Shown: positions 18,029-27,445, counted from the first letter of the stretch. The stretch: DNA of 64,000 bases from Candidatus Buchananbacteria bacterium (GCA_013359225.1 JABWCG010000001.1:360021-424020), one strand, 5' to 3'. Program-made: numbers and translations. The notes: a model not told the origin generated them from the sequence alone.

Positions 18029-18223
18029 TCATATTTTTTTCTCTAAATCAAGTATTTTTTTCTCCAGCGAACTATAGCGGTCCATATCGCTTTGATGATA
18101 GGCCTCAAGTTGCAGTGTTAAATAAAATTTTAATTCTTCGACTACTGAGTCGAAATCCTTCTGCATGATTTTTTGATTTTGATTTATTAATTTTTGTTCA
18201 AGAAATGAAAATCCCCCAAGCAA
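18029..18223 (-). CDS. hypothetical small coiled-coil protein (64 aa)
   Basis: The ORF lies directly upstream of def on the same strand and has heptad-like, Lys/Glu-rich composition. Coding status is uncertain. Confidence 0.25.
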   Translation of the reverse strand: MLGGFSFLEQKLINQNQKIMQKDFDSVVEELKFYLTLQLEAYHQSDMDRYSSLEKKILDLEKKI

Positions 18224-18393
18224 CTGGGAGAAAGTATCAACAGGAAAACTATATTATACAGCTAAGTAATAATGCTGTCAAACCAACAATTTTATTAATT
18301 TTCTGCCATGGTGTGGATAAATTGACTTAAAAAAATAAATCATCTACCCTATAATCTAGCTGGACACAGACATTTACCCGGAGGAAAGCCACC

Positions 18394-18603
18394 ATGGAAT
18401 GGTATCACGAAGCGATCGTTGGATTAGCGGCAGTTTATCTGCTCTATCTTTTCGCCGGAGTTGTCATCTCTGGCTACATTCCGCCGTGTGAATCGGGGAT
18501 TTGGGCATATTGCAAGAACGTTCACCTTATGCCTTTTATCATCACGTTGATCTTTTATTCTGAGTTAACCGAGGAAAAACCCCGCCCCGAAGGCTGGGAT
18601 TAG
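18394..18603 (+). CDS. small membrane protein (69 aa), hypothetical
   Basis: GGAGGAAAG SD 8 nt upstream, two TM segments and a conserved-looking Cys pair (PPCESGIWAYCKN). Confidence 0.5.
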   Translation: MEWYHEAIVGLAAVYLLYLFAGVVISGYIPPCESGIWAYCKNVHLMPFIITLIFYSELTEEKPRPEGWD

Positions 18604-18612
18604 GAACAAACC

Positions 18613-18795
18613 ATGCATTGGACTTTAATCATCCTAATCGCGGTAGTCGGCGGACTACTCTTGATTGCCTTGGCAATCAAATTAATCCGGTTTACCGGCG
18701 AAATCCTACTTGAACTACTTCTTGTCTTCACTCAAATTGAGGAAGATGAATTTCCCAACCGACCTGAAACCAGCCTGGACGGCCACGAACTATGA
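18613..18795 (+). CDS. small membrane protein (60 aa), hypothetical
   Basis: Starts 10 nt after the upstream gene. One TM helix and an acidic tail. A terminator follows. Confidence 0.45.
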   Translation: MHWTLIILIAVVGGLLLIALAIKLIRFTGEILLELLLVFTQIEEDEFPNRPETSLDGHEL

Positions 18796-18805
18796 TCTTT
18801 GTCTG

Positions 18806-18839
18806 TCCGCCGCGCAATTGCTCGTGGGCGGATTTTTTA
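18806..18839 (+). terminator. intrinsic terminator (TCCGCC ... GGCGGA + T7)
   Basis: A GC-rich stem at 18806-18811 / 18827-18832 followed by TTTTTTATTT. Confidence 0.7.
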
Positions 18840-18870
18840 TTTAACAATTTTTTGATACAATAATAACAAT

Positions 18871-19179
18871 ATGATTAACGACGGACCAGTCAATTTTAAA
18901 GACATTCTAAAAAATAAACAGGCTCTTAAACCGCCGGCACACCCCTGGCAAGATTTAGCATTACGCATTATTGACGAACTAGGCATTCCCAGTTTTAAGC
19001 GTAACTCCGTTTTTAAAGTCTGTAAGGAGCTGCCGCGACCGATGGTTGAAAAGGCTTTAAATGACACCAAAGAATTAGTTAAAGATGGCGAAAACTGGAA
19101 ATACTTCTTCAAAATTATTGGTACTATTCAAAACAAAAAAACGGCCTTTGAGCCGAAAAATTCACCAAAAAATAAATAA
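18871..19179 (+). CDS. hypothetical Lys-rich protein (102 aa)
   Basis: Only an ORF. It has no SD and no recognisable motif, and is convergent with the downstream minus-strand gene. Confidence 0.35.
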   Translation: MINDGPVNFKDILKNKQALKPPAHPWQDLALRIIDELGIPSFKRNSVFKVCKELPRPMVEKALNDTKELVKDGENWKYFFKIIGTIQNKKTAFEPKNSPKNK

Positions 19180-19182
19180 TTT

Positions 19183-19980
19183 TTAAAGCAGTTTAAAATT
19201 GCTCACCAAATATCCAACGCCAAAAGGCCCTTCATACGACAGAATTTCTGGCTCAATATTGAGAGACTCCAAAACTCCGCTCAAAATAATCAAAGACCGT
19301 AAACCATCCTCTTTAACTTCGGCGGCTTCAGCCGGACTGATTTTTTGCAGAGCAGCAAAATCTTTTTTCTTAATAGCCGTCACCACCTTTTGATCAAACT
19401 CCTTGGCTTTTTCCGAATAACCGCCCGGAGCGTCTTTAGTCAGCGTGTGGGCAAGGTCGGCAGAAGCAATCACTGCAAATCGCTTATTAATTCGTGAAAG
19501 TTCGCGATACAAAAAATTGCCAAATTTAAAATGCTGCTGATAGTCAAGCCCGGAGTGGGTGATAGGGATAATCGGAATGTTCTTCAAATGCTGAGTTAAA
19601 AAATAAAGCGGCACTGAAAAACCGTAATCAAGCTCCTCGGGGCTAGTCATGACTACCGGCGCTTCCTGATTACTTTCATCGGCGGCGCGAATTTCCTGAA
19701 TTGACATATAGTCGCTTTTAAAGGAAAGCTCCAGCTCAAAATCACCAAAATCTTTAAAATTAGACTTATACTCAGCGCTAAAATTAATATTAAAAGACTC
19801 GTCAAAAACCTGGCCGTGCGGAGAAACAATCAAAATACTTTCCGGTTTTGCCGCATACAACTGCTGCTCCAAGCTTTTCATTGCTTCTTCAGTTTTCTTT
19901 AATTTTTTGAGATTATCCTTGCCGATTTTTGGTATTAATACCGGCGGATGAGGAGTAATCGCCGCAAAAACGATTGGCAT
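19183..19980 (-). CDS. LigB-type (class III extradiol dioxygenase subunit B / Memo-like) family protein
   Basis: Motifs AITPHPPVLIP, SPHG and IASADLAHT match the metal-binding His pattern of the LigB/MEMO1/AmmeMemoRadiSam-B superfamily. Function is uncertain. Confidence 0.5.
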   Translation of the reverse strand: MPIVFAAITPHPPVLIPKIGKDNLKKLKKTEEAMKSLEQQLYAAKPESILIVSPHGQVFDESFNINFSAEYKSNFKDFGDFELELSFKSDYMSIQEIRAADESNQEAPVVMTSPEELDYGFSVPLYFLTQHLKNIPIIPITHSGLDYQQHFKFGNFLYRELSRINKRFAVIASADLAHTLTKDAPGGYSEKAKEFDQKVVTAIKKKDFAALQKISPAEAAEVKEDGLRSLIILSGVLESLNIEPEILSYEGPFGVGYLVSNFKLL

Positions 19981-19990
19981 ATATATAAAT

Positions 19991-21328
19991 TTATTCTACA
20001 TCTTCGCCTAACGGATGAACAGTCAAGGCTTGAGCAGAGGTAGTAATAATATTATCCCATTTATAGCTAAATTTGGCAAATGCCGCCTCAGTTTTAACCC
20101 ACCGCCGATAACCTCCGGCGACAACATACACTTTCGAATCTCCCTGGGCCTGAATCAACTCGCCATCACGGAATTTAACCGGGTCGCCAGTTTGATATTG
20201 ATCAAGAATTTCTGGCGCCACCTGTGTTAAAACTTTTTTTGGAAACCGTGATTCCATAATTTCACGAGCGTAAATCGGATGTTTTAATCCAGCCTCAACA
20301 AAATAAACGCCCCCTGTTTTATTATCCTGAAGCAGTGCTCCGGTCGGATAGGCTGTTTCTACCGTAATATCTTTTCCGTATTTATACCCGGCTAAGTCAG
20401 AAAATTCTACCACTTCAATTTCTTCTGGATTAAAACCAATTACCCGAAAAACTTCCGGCGAGGTGATGTGCCGAAGTTCATCGTCAACTAATAAATACAC
20501 TTTACCGTCCGGATCCTGGAGTAGGGAATAGTTATGAAATTGAATACTCGGGCCAATTTCGTACTTTTCAAGATCAAGCTTGCTAATGGTTAATATTTTT
20601 TTGGGATCAAACCGCGAAAGCAAGGCTCCCCAGGAAGTAATTAAACGCCTGGTACCGTACTGAATCAGCCACACTGCCGGACTGTCATTAGTTTTAACCA
20701 GTGAGCCATCCGGAAAATCGCGGCCCCAATAATTTTGCCATAATTGCCAAAACCGATTGTTGCCGGAATAGTGCGGGGTATAGTTGTACAATCCCGCGGT
20801 TGCTTTCGTCAGCGGCGTCACCAACCAACCGTCGATGGCGTAGTCGTTGCCAGCTTGATAATGCCAGTCACCGGGATTATCCATATATTGTCTAAACTGC
20901 CAGGCAGCACCGTCAACCTGCTTGCCAAAACCTAAAGCTTTTGGACTGCACGAACCGCTATCCGGACAACGATATCCCATCGCCTTATCAAGTTGATTTT
21001 GGCTCGGCGATGAATCGCCAATCAAACTTTGCTCTTTTTGCAATGTCACCAACAAAACCTTAGGGCTAATTTTACTTTCAATCGCCGCCTGCCAGATGAT
21101 CTCGGCAGCAGGACGATTCACCCCTAAATAATCGGGAAAAGAACGCCAGGCAAGAGAACTGCCTTTTTCCTCAAGAAATTGCTGAATTTCAGCGAGATTT
21201 AAAGATAAGTGGTCAGTCATTTCCTCATCACTAATAACAAAACTGGGATTAAAAAAAATCTCGGCCTGGGCGGCGATTGGGAAAATAATTAACTCTAAAA
21301 TTATGAGTAGCAATACTGCTCTTTTCAT
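19991..21328 (-). CDS. secreted hypothetical protein (signal peptide)
   Basis: Start set at the Met of MKRAVLLLIILELIIFPIAAQA, a Sec signal peptide. The 445-aa product has no recognised domain and is Trp/Tyr-rich (YNYTPHYSGNNRFWQLWQNYWG). Confidence 0.55.
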   Translation of the reverse strand: MKRAVLLLIILELIIFPIAAQAEIFFNPSFVISDEEMTDHLSLNLAEIQQFLEEKGSSLAWRSFPDYLGVNRPAAEIIWQAAIESKISPKVLLVTLQKEQSLIGDSSPSQNQLDKAMGYRCPDSGSCSPKALGFGKQVDGAAWQFRQYMDNPGDWHYQAGNDYAIDGWLVTPLTKATAGLYNYTPHYSGNNRFWQLWQNYWGRDFPDGSLVKTNDSPAVWLIQYGTRRLITSWGALLSRFDPKKILTISKLDLEKYEIGPSIQFHNYSLLQDPDGKVYLLVDDELRHITSPEVFRVIGFNPEEIEVVEFSDLAGYKYGKDITVETAYPTGALLQDNKTGGVYFVEAGLKHPIYAREIMESRFPKKVLTQVAPEILDQYQTGDPVKFRDGELIQAQGDSKVYVVAGGYRRWVKTEAAFAKFSYKWDNIITTSAQALTVHPLGEDVE

Positions 21329-21408
21329 CTTTTTATTATAGCATAAATCATGATCATTCTCATAGTGAAAAACTGGCTTGAAAGCCAAAATTTTGCTAAA
21401 ATATAACT

Positions 21409-21978
21409 ATGAAAAAACGAGTTTTTATTGCTATCAATCTACCGACCGAAACGAAAGATGAGCTTGGTCAGTTATTAAAAAAACTAAAAAAAATAAACCC
21501 TCAGCAACAAATTCGTTACGTGAAGGCAGATAGCCTACACCTGACCTTACATTTTTTAGGTGATCGTGGCGCCGAGGAAATTTCAACTATAAAAAAAGTT
21601 ATGCGCGACATTGCCAGCAGTCATTCACCATCAACTATTATCACTGGCGATATTGATGCATTTCCTAATTTGCAATCACCAAAAGTTGTTTATTTGTCAA
21701 TTATGGAAAAGCCTAAATCAAGTATCTCCAGCCTACAAAAAAAATTAGGATTTACGCTTGAACAAGCGGGTATTGATGTCGACCATCGCGCTTGGCAGCC
21801 TCATCTAACACTTGCACGAATTAACAGTCCGACTGTTTTTAAAACACAAAATGCTTTTCCGCCAATAATTGAAATTCCAGCTACTCACATTACCTTAATG
21901 GAAAGTAACTTAACGTCATACGGTGCGCAGTATACCGTGCTTGAATCATTTAGTTTTTCTAATCATGGACAAAATTGA
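21409..21978 (+). CDS. thpR: RNA 2',3'-cyclic phosphodiesterase (2H phosphoesterase, LigT/ThpR)
   Basis: Two H-x-T/S-x motifs (HLTLHFLGD and HLTLARI) at the spacing typical of the 2H family. Confidence 0.8.
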   Translation: MKKRVFIAINLPTETKDELGQLLKKLKKINPQQQIRYVKADSLHLTLHFLGDRGAEEISTIKKVMRDIASSHSPSTIITGDIDAFPNLQSPKVVYLSIMEKPKSSISSLQKKLGFTLEQAGIDVDHRAWQPHLTLARINSPTVFKTQNAFPPIIEIPATHITLMESNLTSYGAQYTVLESFSFSNHGQN

Positions 21979-22750
21979 AATTCTGGGAATCAAAATTGAT
22001 AATTTATCACTGCAAGAAGTTTTAGAAAAAATAAAACGCTTTTTAGATTCAGATCAACAGCACTATGTTGTCACACCAAATCCCGAGTTTATTGTTGCCA
22101 GTCAAACCGATGGACATTTTAAAGAAATTTTAAACTATGCCGACATCGCCGTTGCTGACGGCATCGGTTTGGTAAAGGCGGCAAAATTTTCAGGCAAAAG
22201 ACTTCAGCGGGTCACCGGTGTTGATTTGGTCTGGGCGGTGTGCGAATTAGCTGAACAAATTAATTGTTCAGTTTATTTACTTGGCGCTAAAGGAACTGTT
22301 GCACGTCGCGCCGGAACTGTCCTACAAGAAAATTTTAAAAATTTAACCATTGCCGGCGCCGAAAGCGGGGGAGAGATTAACGACCCCAAAGAAATTAATT
22401 TTGACATTGTTAATAAAATTAACGCCAGCCAAGCAAAAATTTTATTTGTGGCGCTGGGCCACGTCAAACAAGAAAAATGGATCTTTTACCATTTAGATAG
22501 ATTAAAAAATGTTAAAGTGGCAATTGGCGTTGGCGGCGCCTTTGATTATATCTCCGGCGAAGTCGTACGAGCGCCGCTATTTTTAAGGCGCCTTGGACTG
22601 GAATGGCTCTTTCGTCTGGTCACTCAACCGCAGCGCTTTAAAAGAATTTTTAACGCCACAATAGTTTTTACCTTTTTGCTGATCAAAAAAAAATTTTTAG
22701 ACTTTTTTCGAAAAGAAAATAACGATATCTCAACTCCCGATAAGCCTTAA
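21965..22750 (+). CDS. WecB/TagA/CpsF-family glycosyltransferase
   Basis: The ILGIKIDNLSLQEVLEKI ... YVVTPNPEFI N-terminus and overall length fit the family. The start is moved to ATG 21965 (MDKIEILG), giving a 14-nt overlap with thpR. Confidence 0.8.
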   Translation: MDKIEILGIKIDNLSLQEVLEKIKRFLDSDQQHYVVTPNPEFIVASQTDGHFKEILNYADIAVADGIGLVKAAKFSGKRLQRVTGVDLVWAVCELAEQINCSVYLLGAKGTVARRAGTVLQENFKNLTIAGAESGGEINDPKEINFDIVNKINASQAKILFVALGHVKQEKWIFYHLDRLKNVKVAIGVGGAFDYISGEVVRAPLFLRRLGLEWLFRLVTQPQRFKRIFNATIVFTFLLIKKKFLDFFRKENNDISTPDKP

Positions 22751-22816
22751 AATTAGGCCTGTTTTAAGCTATTTGGCCTATTTGTAAAAAAAACATAAAC
22801 CTAGTAAGATAACCCT

Positions 22817-24244
22817 ATGACTAAAAAGATAATAACCAGATTCGCACCCAGTCCGACCGGATTTGTCCACGTTGGCAGTTTGCGCACCGCTTTATATAAC
22901 TATCTATTTACCCGAGCTAACAAGGGTAAATTTTATTTACGAATTGAAGACACCGACCAGGAACGAAAAGTCGATGGAGCCGTTGAAAACCTACTGTCAA
23001 CGCTAAAAATTTTTGATTTGCTTTGGGACAACAAAAAAATTATGGTTCAGTCTGAACGGCTGGAAATGTATAAACAGGCAGCGGATCAACTTGTTAAATC
23101 AGGACACGCTTATTATTGTTTTTGTTCTAAAGAACGGCTGGAAAACCTGCGCCAGATTCAATCCAAAAAAGGCTTGCCGACAATGTATGACGGAAACTGC
23201 GCCAATTTGGACCAAGCCGAGATTGCGGCTAGCCTGAAAGAAAAACCGTTTGTAATCAGATTTAAAGTTCCGAAAACCGGCCAAACAGAATTTCATGATT
23301 TAATTCGGGGCAAAATCAGTTTTGACAATAAAATTTTAGATGACCCGATTATCCTGAAATCCGACGGATTTCCAACCTACCATTTAGCATCGGTTGTTGA
23401 CGATCATGAAATGGAGATTAGCCATGTTATCAGAGGAGAGGAGTGGTTGCCCTCAACACCAAAACATTTACTGCTTTATAAAGCGTTTGACTGGCAGGCA
23501 CCGGCATTTGCTCACTTGCCGCTTTTATTAAATCCGGACAAATCAAAATTATCAAAACGACAAGGTGATGTCGCCGTGGAAGATTACCTCAAAAAAGGCT
23601 ACCTGCCCGAAGCCTTGGTCAACTTTGTTTTACTGCTCGGCTGGAACCCTGGTACCGATCAAGAGATATTCAACCTAGATGAGATGATTAAACATTTTCA
23701 GCTTGAAAAAGTTAACAAATCAGGAGCAGTGTTCAACACTCAAAAATTGGACTGGCTTAATGGTTATTACCTGCGAAAAAAATCCAGCGCTGAATTTGCC
23801 AAACTTTGCCAGCCGTTTTTCGAACAAGCCGGGATTAAAACTGAATTAAAACAATTAGAAAAAATTGTTGCAACCGAGCAAGAAAGAATTAAACACCTTG
23901 ATGAAATCGTTGAGGCGACTAAATTTTTCTTTACCTCAGAACCGTACGATCCGGAATTACTGATTTGGAAAAAATCAACCAGACAGCAAACCATTGCCAA
24001 CCTCAAAACTATTTTAGCCAGACTGGCTCAAATTGACGAAAAAAATTGGAACCAAAAAAATCTGGAGGAAGAGATTATGACATTTTTGAAAGAAAATGAT
24101 TATGCTACCGGCGATATGCTCTGGCCAATGCGCGTGGCGTTAACTGGACGCAAATCAAGTCCGGGAAATTTTGAAGTAGCCCAGGCGCTTGGTAAAACCG
24201 AAAGCCTTAAAAGAATTGACCAGGCCATTAAAATTTTAGCGTAA
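22817..24244 (+). CDS. gltX: glutamyl-tRNA synthetase
   Basis: Class-I HIGH-type motif (PSPTGFVHVGSLRTAL) and KMSKS-type motif (KLSKRQG). Confidence 0.9.
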   Translation: MTKKIITRFAPSPTGFVHVGSLRTALYNYLFTRANKGKFYLRIEDTDQERKVDGAVENLLSTLKIFDLLWDNKKIMVQSERLEMYKQAADQLVKSGHAYYCFCSKERLENLRQIQSKKGLPTMYDGNCANLDQAEIAASLKEKPFVIRFKVPKTGQTEFHDLIRGKISFDNKILDDPIILKSDGFPTYHLASVVDDHEMEISHVIRGEEWLPSTPKHLLLYKAFDWQAPAFAHLPLLLNPDKSKLSKRQGDVAVEDYLKKGYLPEALVNFVLLLGWNPGTDQEIFNLDEMIKHFQLEKVNKSGAVFNTQKLDWLNGYYLRKKSSAEFAKLCQPFFEQAGIKTELKQLEKIVATEQERIKHLDEIVEATKFFFTSEPYDPELLIWKKSTRQQTIANLKTILARLAQIDEKNWNQKNLEEEIMTFLKENDYATGDMLWPMRVALTGRKSSPGNFEVAQALGKTESLKRIDQAIKILA

Positions 24245-24283
24245 ACTTGATTTTATCAAAATTTTATGCTATAATGATAGATA

Positions 24284-25534
24284 ATGAAAGAAAATAAAAA
24301 GAAAAATTCCACATCAAAAAATATTTTAGCAAAGAGCCTGATTATCACCTTTGTGCTGGCTCTTATTTTTATTAACCCAGGACCAGGTAAGGCTGAGGAA
24401 GATATCGGCGAATTAAACCGCTCAATTGAAAGCAAGCGCCGAGAAATCGATGCTATTCAAAAACAAATTGATGAATACGCCCAGCAAATCAAAGCAAAAA
24501 AACAGGAGGCGAGGGGACTGCAAAATCAGATTGCTATTTTAGACAACCAAATTGCCAAGGTTAACCTGGATGTTGAGGCAACTCAAAAACTTATTGAACA
24601 AACTAATTTAGAAATTCAAGCGACTAATATCCAAATTCAGGAACTTGAAGTTAAAATTGATAAACAAAAAGAAAAGATTGTTGAATATTTAAGATTAATT
24701 TACAAAGCGGATCAGGTTAGTTATTTTGAAATCTTACTGGTAAACAATTCATTCTCTGATTTTTTTGACCAAATCAAATATTCCGAACAGATTAATACTG
24801 ACCTCAAAGAAAGTCTGGACGAGTTAAAAACCGATAAAACGGATTTTGAAACTCAAAAACTAAATCTTGAGGCAAAAGTTACGCTTGAAGAAGAATTAAA
24901 ACAAAAACTCCAGGAGCAAAAGTCAGAGCTAGAAGAACGCAATGCAGCTAAGGGTATTTTATTAGTACAGACAAACTTAACTCAACGACAATACCAAAAC
25001 CAACAATATCAGCTGCAGCTTGAACAGCAGCAAATCAACTCCGATATTCTGGGACTTGAAAAAACTGTCCGAAAAAAACTTGAAGATCAGGCGGCTGAAG
25101 AAAAATTCAAAAATTTTGGGCCGGCCCGATTAGCTTGGCCAGTTGATCCATCACGGGGGATTAGCGCTTATTTTCATGATCCTGATTATCCTTTCCGCTA
25201 TATCTTTGAACATCCAGCTATTGATGTTCGAGCTTCTCAAGGTACTGCCATTAAGGCCCCTGAGGCTGGCTATGTTGCCAGAGTAAAATTTGCCGGCGAT
25301 ACTAGTTATGCATACGTGATGTTGATTCATAACGATGGTCTTTCAACAGTCTTTGGTCATATCTCGAAACCGCTGGTAAAAGAAGATGAATATGTCAGTA
25401 AGGGGCAAGTTATTGCTCTGTCCGGCGGAATGCCGGGCGGTATCGGTTCCGGCAATTTAAGTACCGGCGCCCATCTTCATTTCGAAGTGCGTTTGGATGG
25501 TATCCCAGTAAACCCGTTAGAATACCTGCCATAA
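24284..25534 (+). CDS. M23-family peptidase with N-terminal coiled-coil (EnvC-like murein hydrolase activator/peptidase)
   Basis: A long coiled-coil N-terminus and a C-terminal LytM/M23 domain (HPAIDV...GAHLHFEVRLDGIPVNP). Confidence 0.8.
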   Translation: MKENKKKNSTSKNILAKSLIITFVLALIFINPGPGKAEEDIGELNRSIESKRREIDAIQKQIDEYAQQIKAKKQEARGLQNQIAILDNQIAKVNLDVEATQKLIEQTNLEIQATNIQIQELEVKIDKQKEKIVEYLRLIYKADQVSYFEILLVNNSFSDFFDQIKYSEQINTDLKESLDELKTDKTDFETQKLNLEAKVTLEEELKQKLQEQKSELEERNAAKGILLVQTNLTQRQYQNQQYQLQLEQQQINSDILGLEKTVRKKLEDQAAEEKFKNFGPARLAWPVDPSRGISAYFHDPDYPFRYIFEHPAIDVRASQGTAIKAPEAGYVARVKFAGDTSYAYVMLIHNDGLSTVFGHISKPLVKEDEYVSKGQVIALSGGMPGGIGSGNLSTGAHLHFEVRLDGIPVNPLEYLP

Positions 25535-25537
25535 AAA

Positions 25538-25942
25538 ATGAGTGATAATCTTAACAGTAAAATCAGCTCGCTTGTTATTTGGACTCTGTTTGCCGGGCTG
25601 GTTTTTTTATATATTCGATTCTTTCCACACCTTAAAACGATTGGGGAAATTGTAATTTCAGCCTTACCGTCGATTATCTTTTTTACCATTGGTATTTTTA
25701 TTTCCCGACGAGATCAAGATCGCATTACACAAGCCAGAAAAAAAGATTCAACACAAATTTCTCTAACCACCACCCTTGAACAGGCTTTAAAACACGATTT
25801 ATTAACCTATTTAGTACCGGTAATAATCTTAGCAACGCCTTTTTTATTTGATCAAATCCCAAACGTTACTACCGTCATTCAGGCAGGAACTGCTTTTCTC
25901 GTGCTCGCGTACTTAAAGTTGATATACTGGGGCGAATTATAA
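25538..25942 (+). CDS. hypothetical membrane protein (134 aa)
   Basis: About 4 TM helices. It starts 4 nt after the M23 peptidase gene. Confidence 0.4.
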   Translation: MSDNLNSKISSLVIWTLFAGLVFLYIRFFPHLKTIGEIVISALPSIIFFTIGIFISRRDQDRITQARKKDSTQISLTTTLEQALKHDLLTYLVPVIILATPFLFDQIPNVTTVIQAGTAFLVLAYLKLIYWGEL

Positions 25943-25945
25943 AAT

Positions 25946-26001
25946 TTGACAAAGATATTTTTTTATCTTACTATTTAGATAGTTGTCTAAATATCTAAAT
26001 A
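25946..26001 (+). promoter_or_regulatory. promoter with overlapping palindromic operator upstream of the ArsR/SdpR-like gene
   Basis: -35 TTGACA at 25946-25951, a 17-bp spacer, and -10 TACTAT at 25969-25974. An 8-bp perfect inverted repeat TATTTAGA-n6-TCTAAATA (25972-25993) overlaps the -10, with an extra tandem TCTAAATA at 25994-26001. Confidence 0.6.
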
Positions 26002-26041
26002 TTTTAGCCTTAAATAACCGCCAAAAAGGGGATACTAGATT

Positions 26042-26308
26042 ATGAGCTTAAACAAAACCTTTAGCGCCCTTTCTGATCCAACAAGACGTAAAATTTTAGA
26101 ATTACTCAAAAAGAAAGATCTATCGGTAAATGATATTGCGCTTAATTTTTCAATATCATTACCGTCCTTATCTCATCACCTTACAATCTTAAAAAACGCT
26201 CAATTAGTCACGTCACAGCGCCGGGGACAACAAATGATTTATTCTTTAAATCTAAGCGTATTTGAAGAAATTGCCAAACAATTATACGGCTTTTTTAATA
26301 AAAAATAA
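26042..26308 (+). CDS. ArsR-family transcriptional regulator, SdpR-like
   Basis: ALSDPTRRKILELLKKKDLSVNDIALNFSISLPSLSHHLTILKNAQLV matches the ArsR-family winged HTH and the SdpR subgroup pattern. It is directly followed by an SdpI-family gene. Confidence 0.8.
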   Translation: MSLNKTFSALSDPTRRKILELLKKKDLSVNDIALNFSISLPSLSHHLTILKNAQLVTSQRRGQQMIYSLNLSVFEEIAKQLYGFFNKK

Positions 26309-26324
26309 ACTTACAATAAATAAT

Positions 26325-26987
26325 ATGAAACATCCATTAACCCCAAACATTAAAACTGAAATTATGCCAGTTATCACTCTAATTCTCCTGGCAGTTATCA
26401 GCGTCTATTTTTATAATAATTTTCCTAATCAAGTACCGACTCATTGGAATTATCGAGGAGAAGTAGATGGATATTCAGGCAAAGCCTTTGGAGCTTTTGG
26501 AATTCCGGTAATCATCGTCGTAATGTATGTAATGTTTTTACTGTTCCCATTGCTAGACCCAAAAAAAGACCGTTACCAACAATTCAAAAAGACATACCAC
26601 GTCTTCAAAACTATGATCATAGTTGTGATGGGGTTGATATATTTCTACAGCGGTTTGGCGGCTTTAGGGTATCCTGTGTCAATCAACATTGCTGTTCCAG
26701 CAACAATTGGATTATTATTCATAGTGATGGGTAACTACATGTCTAAAATAAAAAGCAACTGGTTTATTGGTATTAGGACTCCATGGACATTATCCAATGA
26801 AGAAGTTTGGAACAAAACTCATCGGGTTGGCGGAAAAATCTTTATCGCCCTAGGTGCCTTTATGATTATTGGGATATTTTTGCCAGACAAGATCTACTGG
26901 CAGGGTTTTATAGTAAGCCTTTTAGCATCGGTAGTCGGCATGATGGGGTATTCGTACTGGATATTCAAAAAGATTAATAAAAATTAA
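26325..26987 (+). CDS. SdpI/YhfL-family membrane immunity-type protein (DUF1648 + SdpI domains)
   Basis: VPTHWNYRGEVDGYSGKAFGAF matches the DUF1648 motif, and NWFIGIRTPWTLSNEEVWNKTHR matches the SdpI/YhfL signature. Six TM segments. The start is set at ATG 26325 (MKHPLTPN). Confidence 0.8.
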   Translation: MKHPLTPNIKTEIMPVITLILLAVISVYFYNNFPNQVPTHWNYRGEVDGYSGKAFGAFGIPVIIVVMYVMFLLFPLLDPKKDRYQQFKKTYHVFKTMIIVVMGLIYFYSGLAALGYPVSINIAVPATIGLLFIVMGNYMSKIKSNWFIGIRTPWTLSNEEVWNKTHRVGGKIFIALGAFMIIGIFLPDKIYWQGFIVSLLASVVGMMGYSYWIFKKINKN

Positions 26988-27082
26988 CGCTAAATAAAGT
27001 TTTACTATCTTTTAACCCCGCCTCCACACACGAGAGGAGGGGTTAAAAATTACTTTATTTATTAATCTTTTTGAAATATATA

Positions 27083-27445
27083 GCGTCGCACAATATATCT
27101 TATGCGACACTATAGGGATATATTTATCCACAAGCAAACAACTAATACAAATAGCTGCTAAAGCTATAAGATAAGCATTTAAATATAGTTTTAGACATTA
27201 ATGGACAACAAGGCCCTTAGGTAAATAAAACTTTTAAAATCAAGCAACTTACATATTACGTACTGATAAATTTTGTTTAATCAATCAAGATATGAATTTA
27301 TTAGCGCGGATGCTAATGAGAGATTAAATCATTTAAAAAGAAAGCTAGACGCCTAACCTTCTTTTTAAATGATTTAATTTGATATATTTTTCTCTAACCC
27401 CTCTTCCCTATTTGCCATTAAAAAAAGATTTATATTGTGCGACGC
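27083..27445. repeat. inverted-repeat-bounded 363-bp non-coding element (MITE-like / structured spacer)
   Basis: GCGTCGCACAATATA (27083-27097) is the exact reverse complement of TATATTGTGCGACGC (27431-27445). The flanks are TA-rich (..TATA | ATAC..). The interior is AT-rich, has no ORF, and contains a perfect 20-bp hairpin and one perfect DnaA-box 9-mer. Confidence 0.35.
27323..27378. other. perfect 20-bp stem / 16-nt loop hairpin (ATTAAATCATTTAAAAAGAA ... TTCTTTTTAAATGATTTAAT)
   Basis: Exact reverse-complement arms at 27323-27342 and 27359-27378 around the loop AGCTAGACGCCTAACC. A T-rich tract follows on the + strand. Confidence 0.6.

Noticed and set aside
18322-18355. TTGACT ... TATAAT as promoter of the small membrane protein operon
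   Set aside because: The spacer is 22 bp, too long for a canonical sigma-70 promoter. The real promoter is probably elsewhere in 18224-18393.
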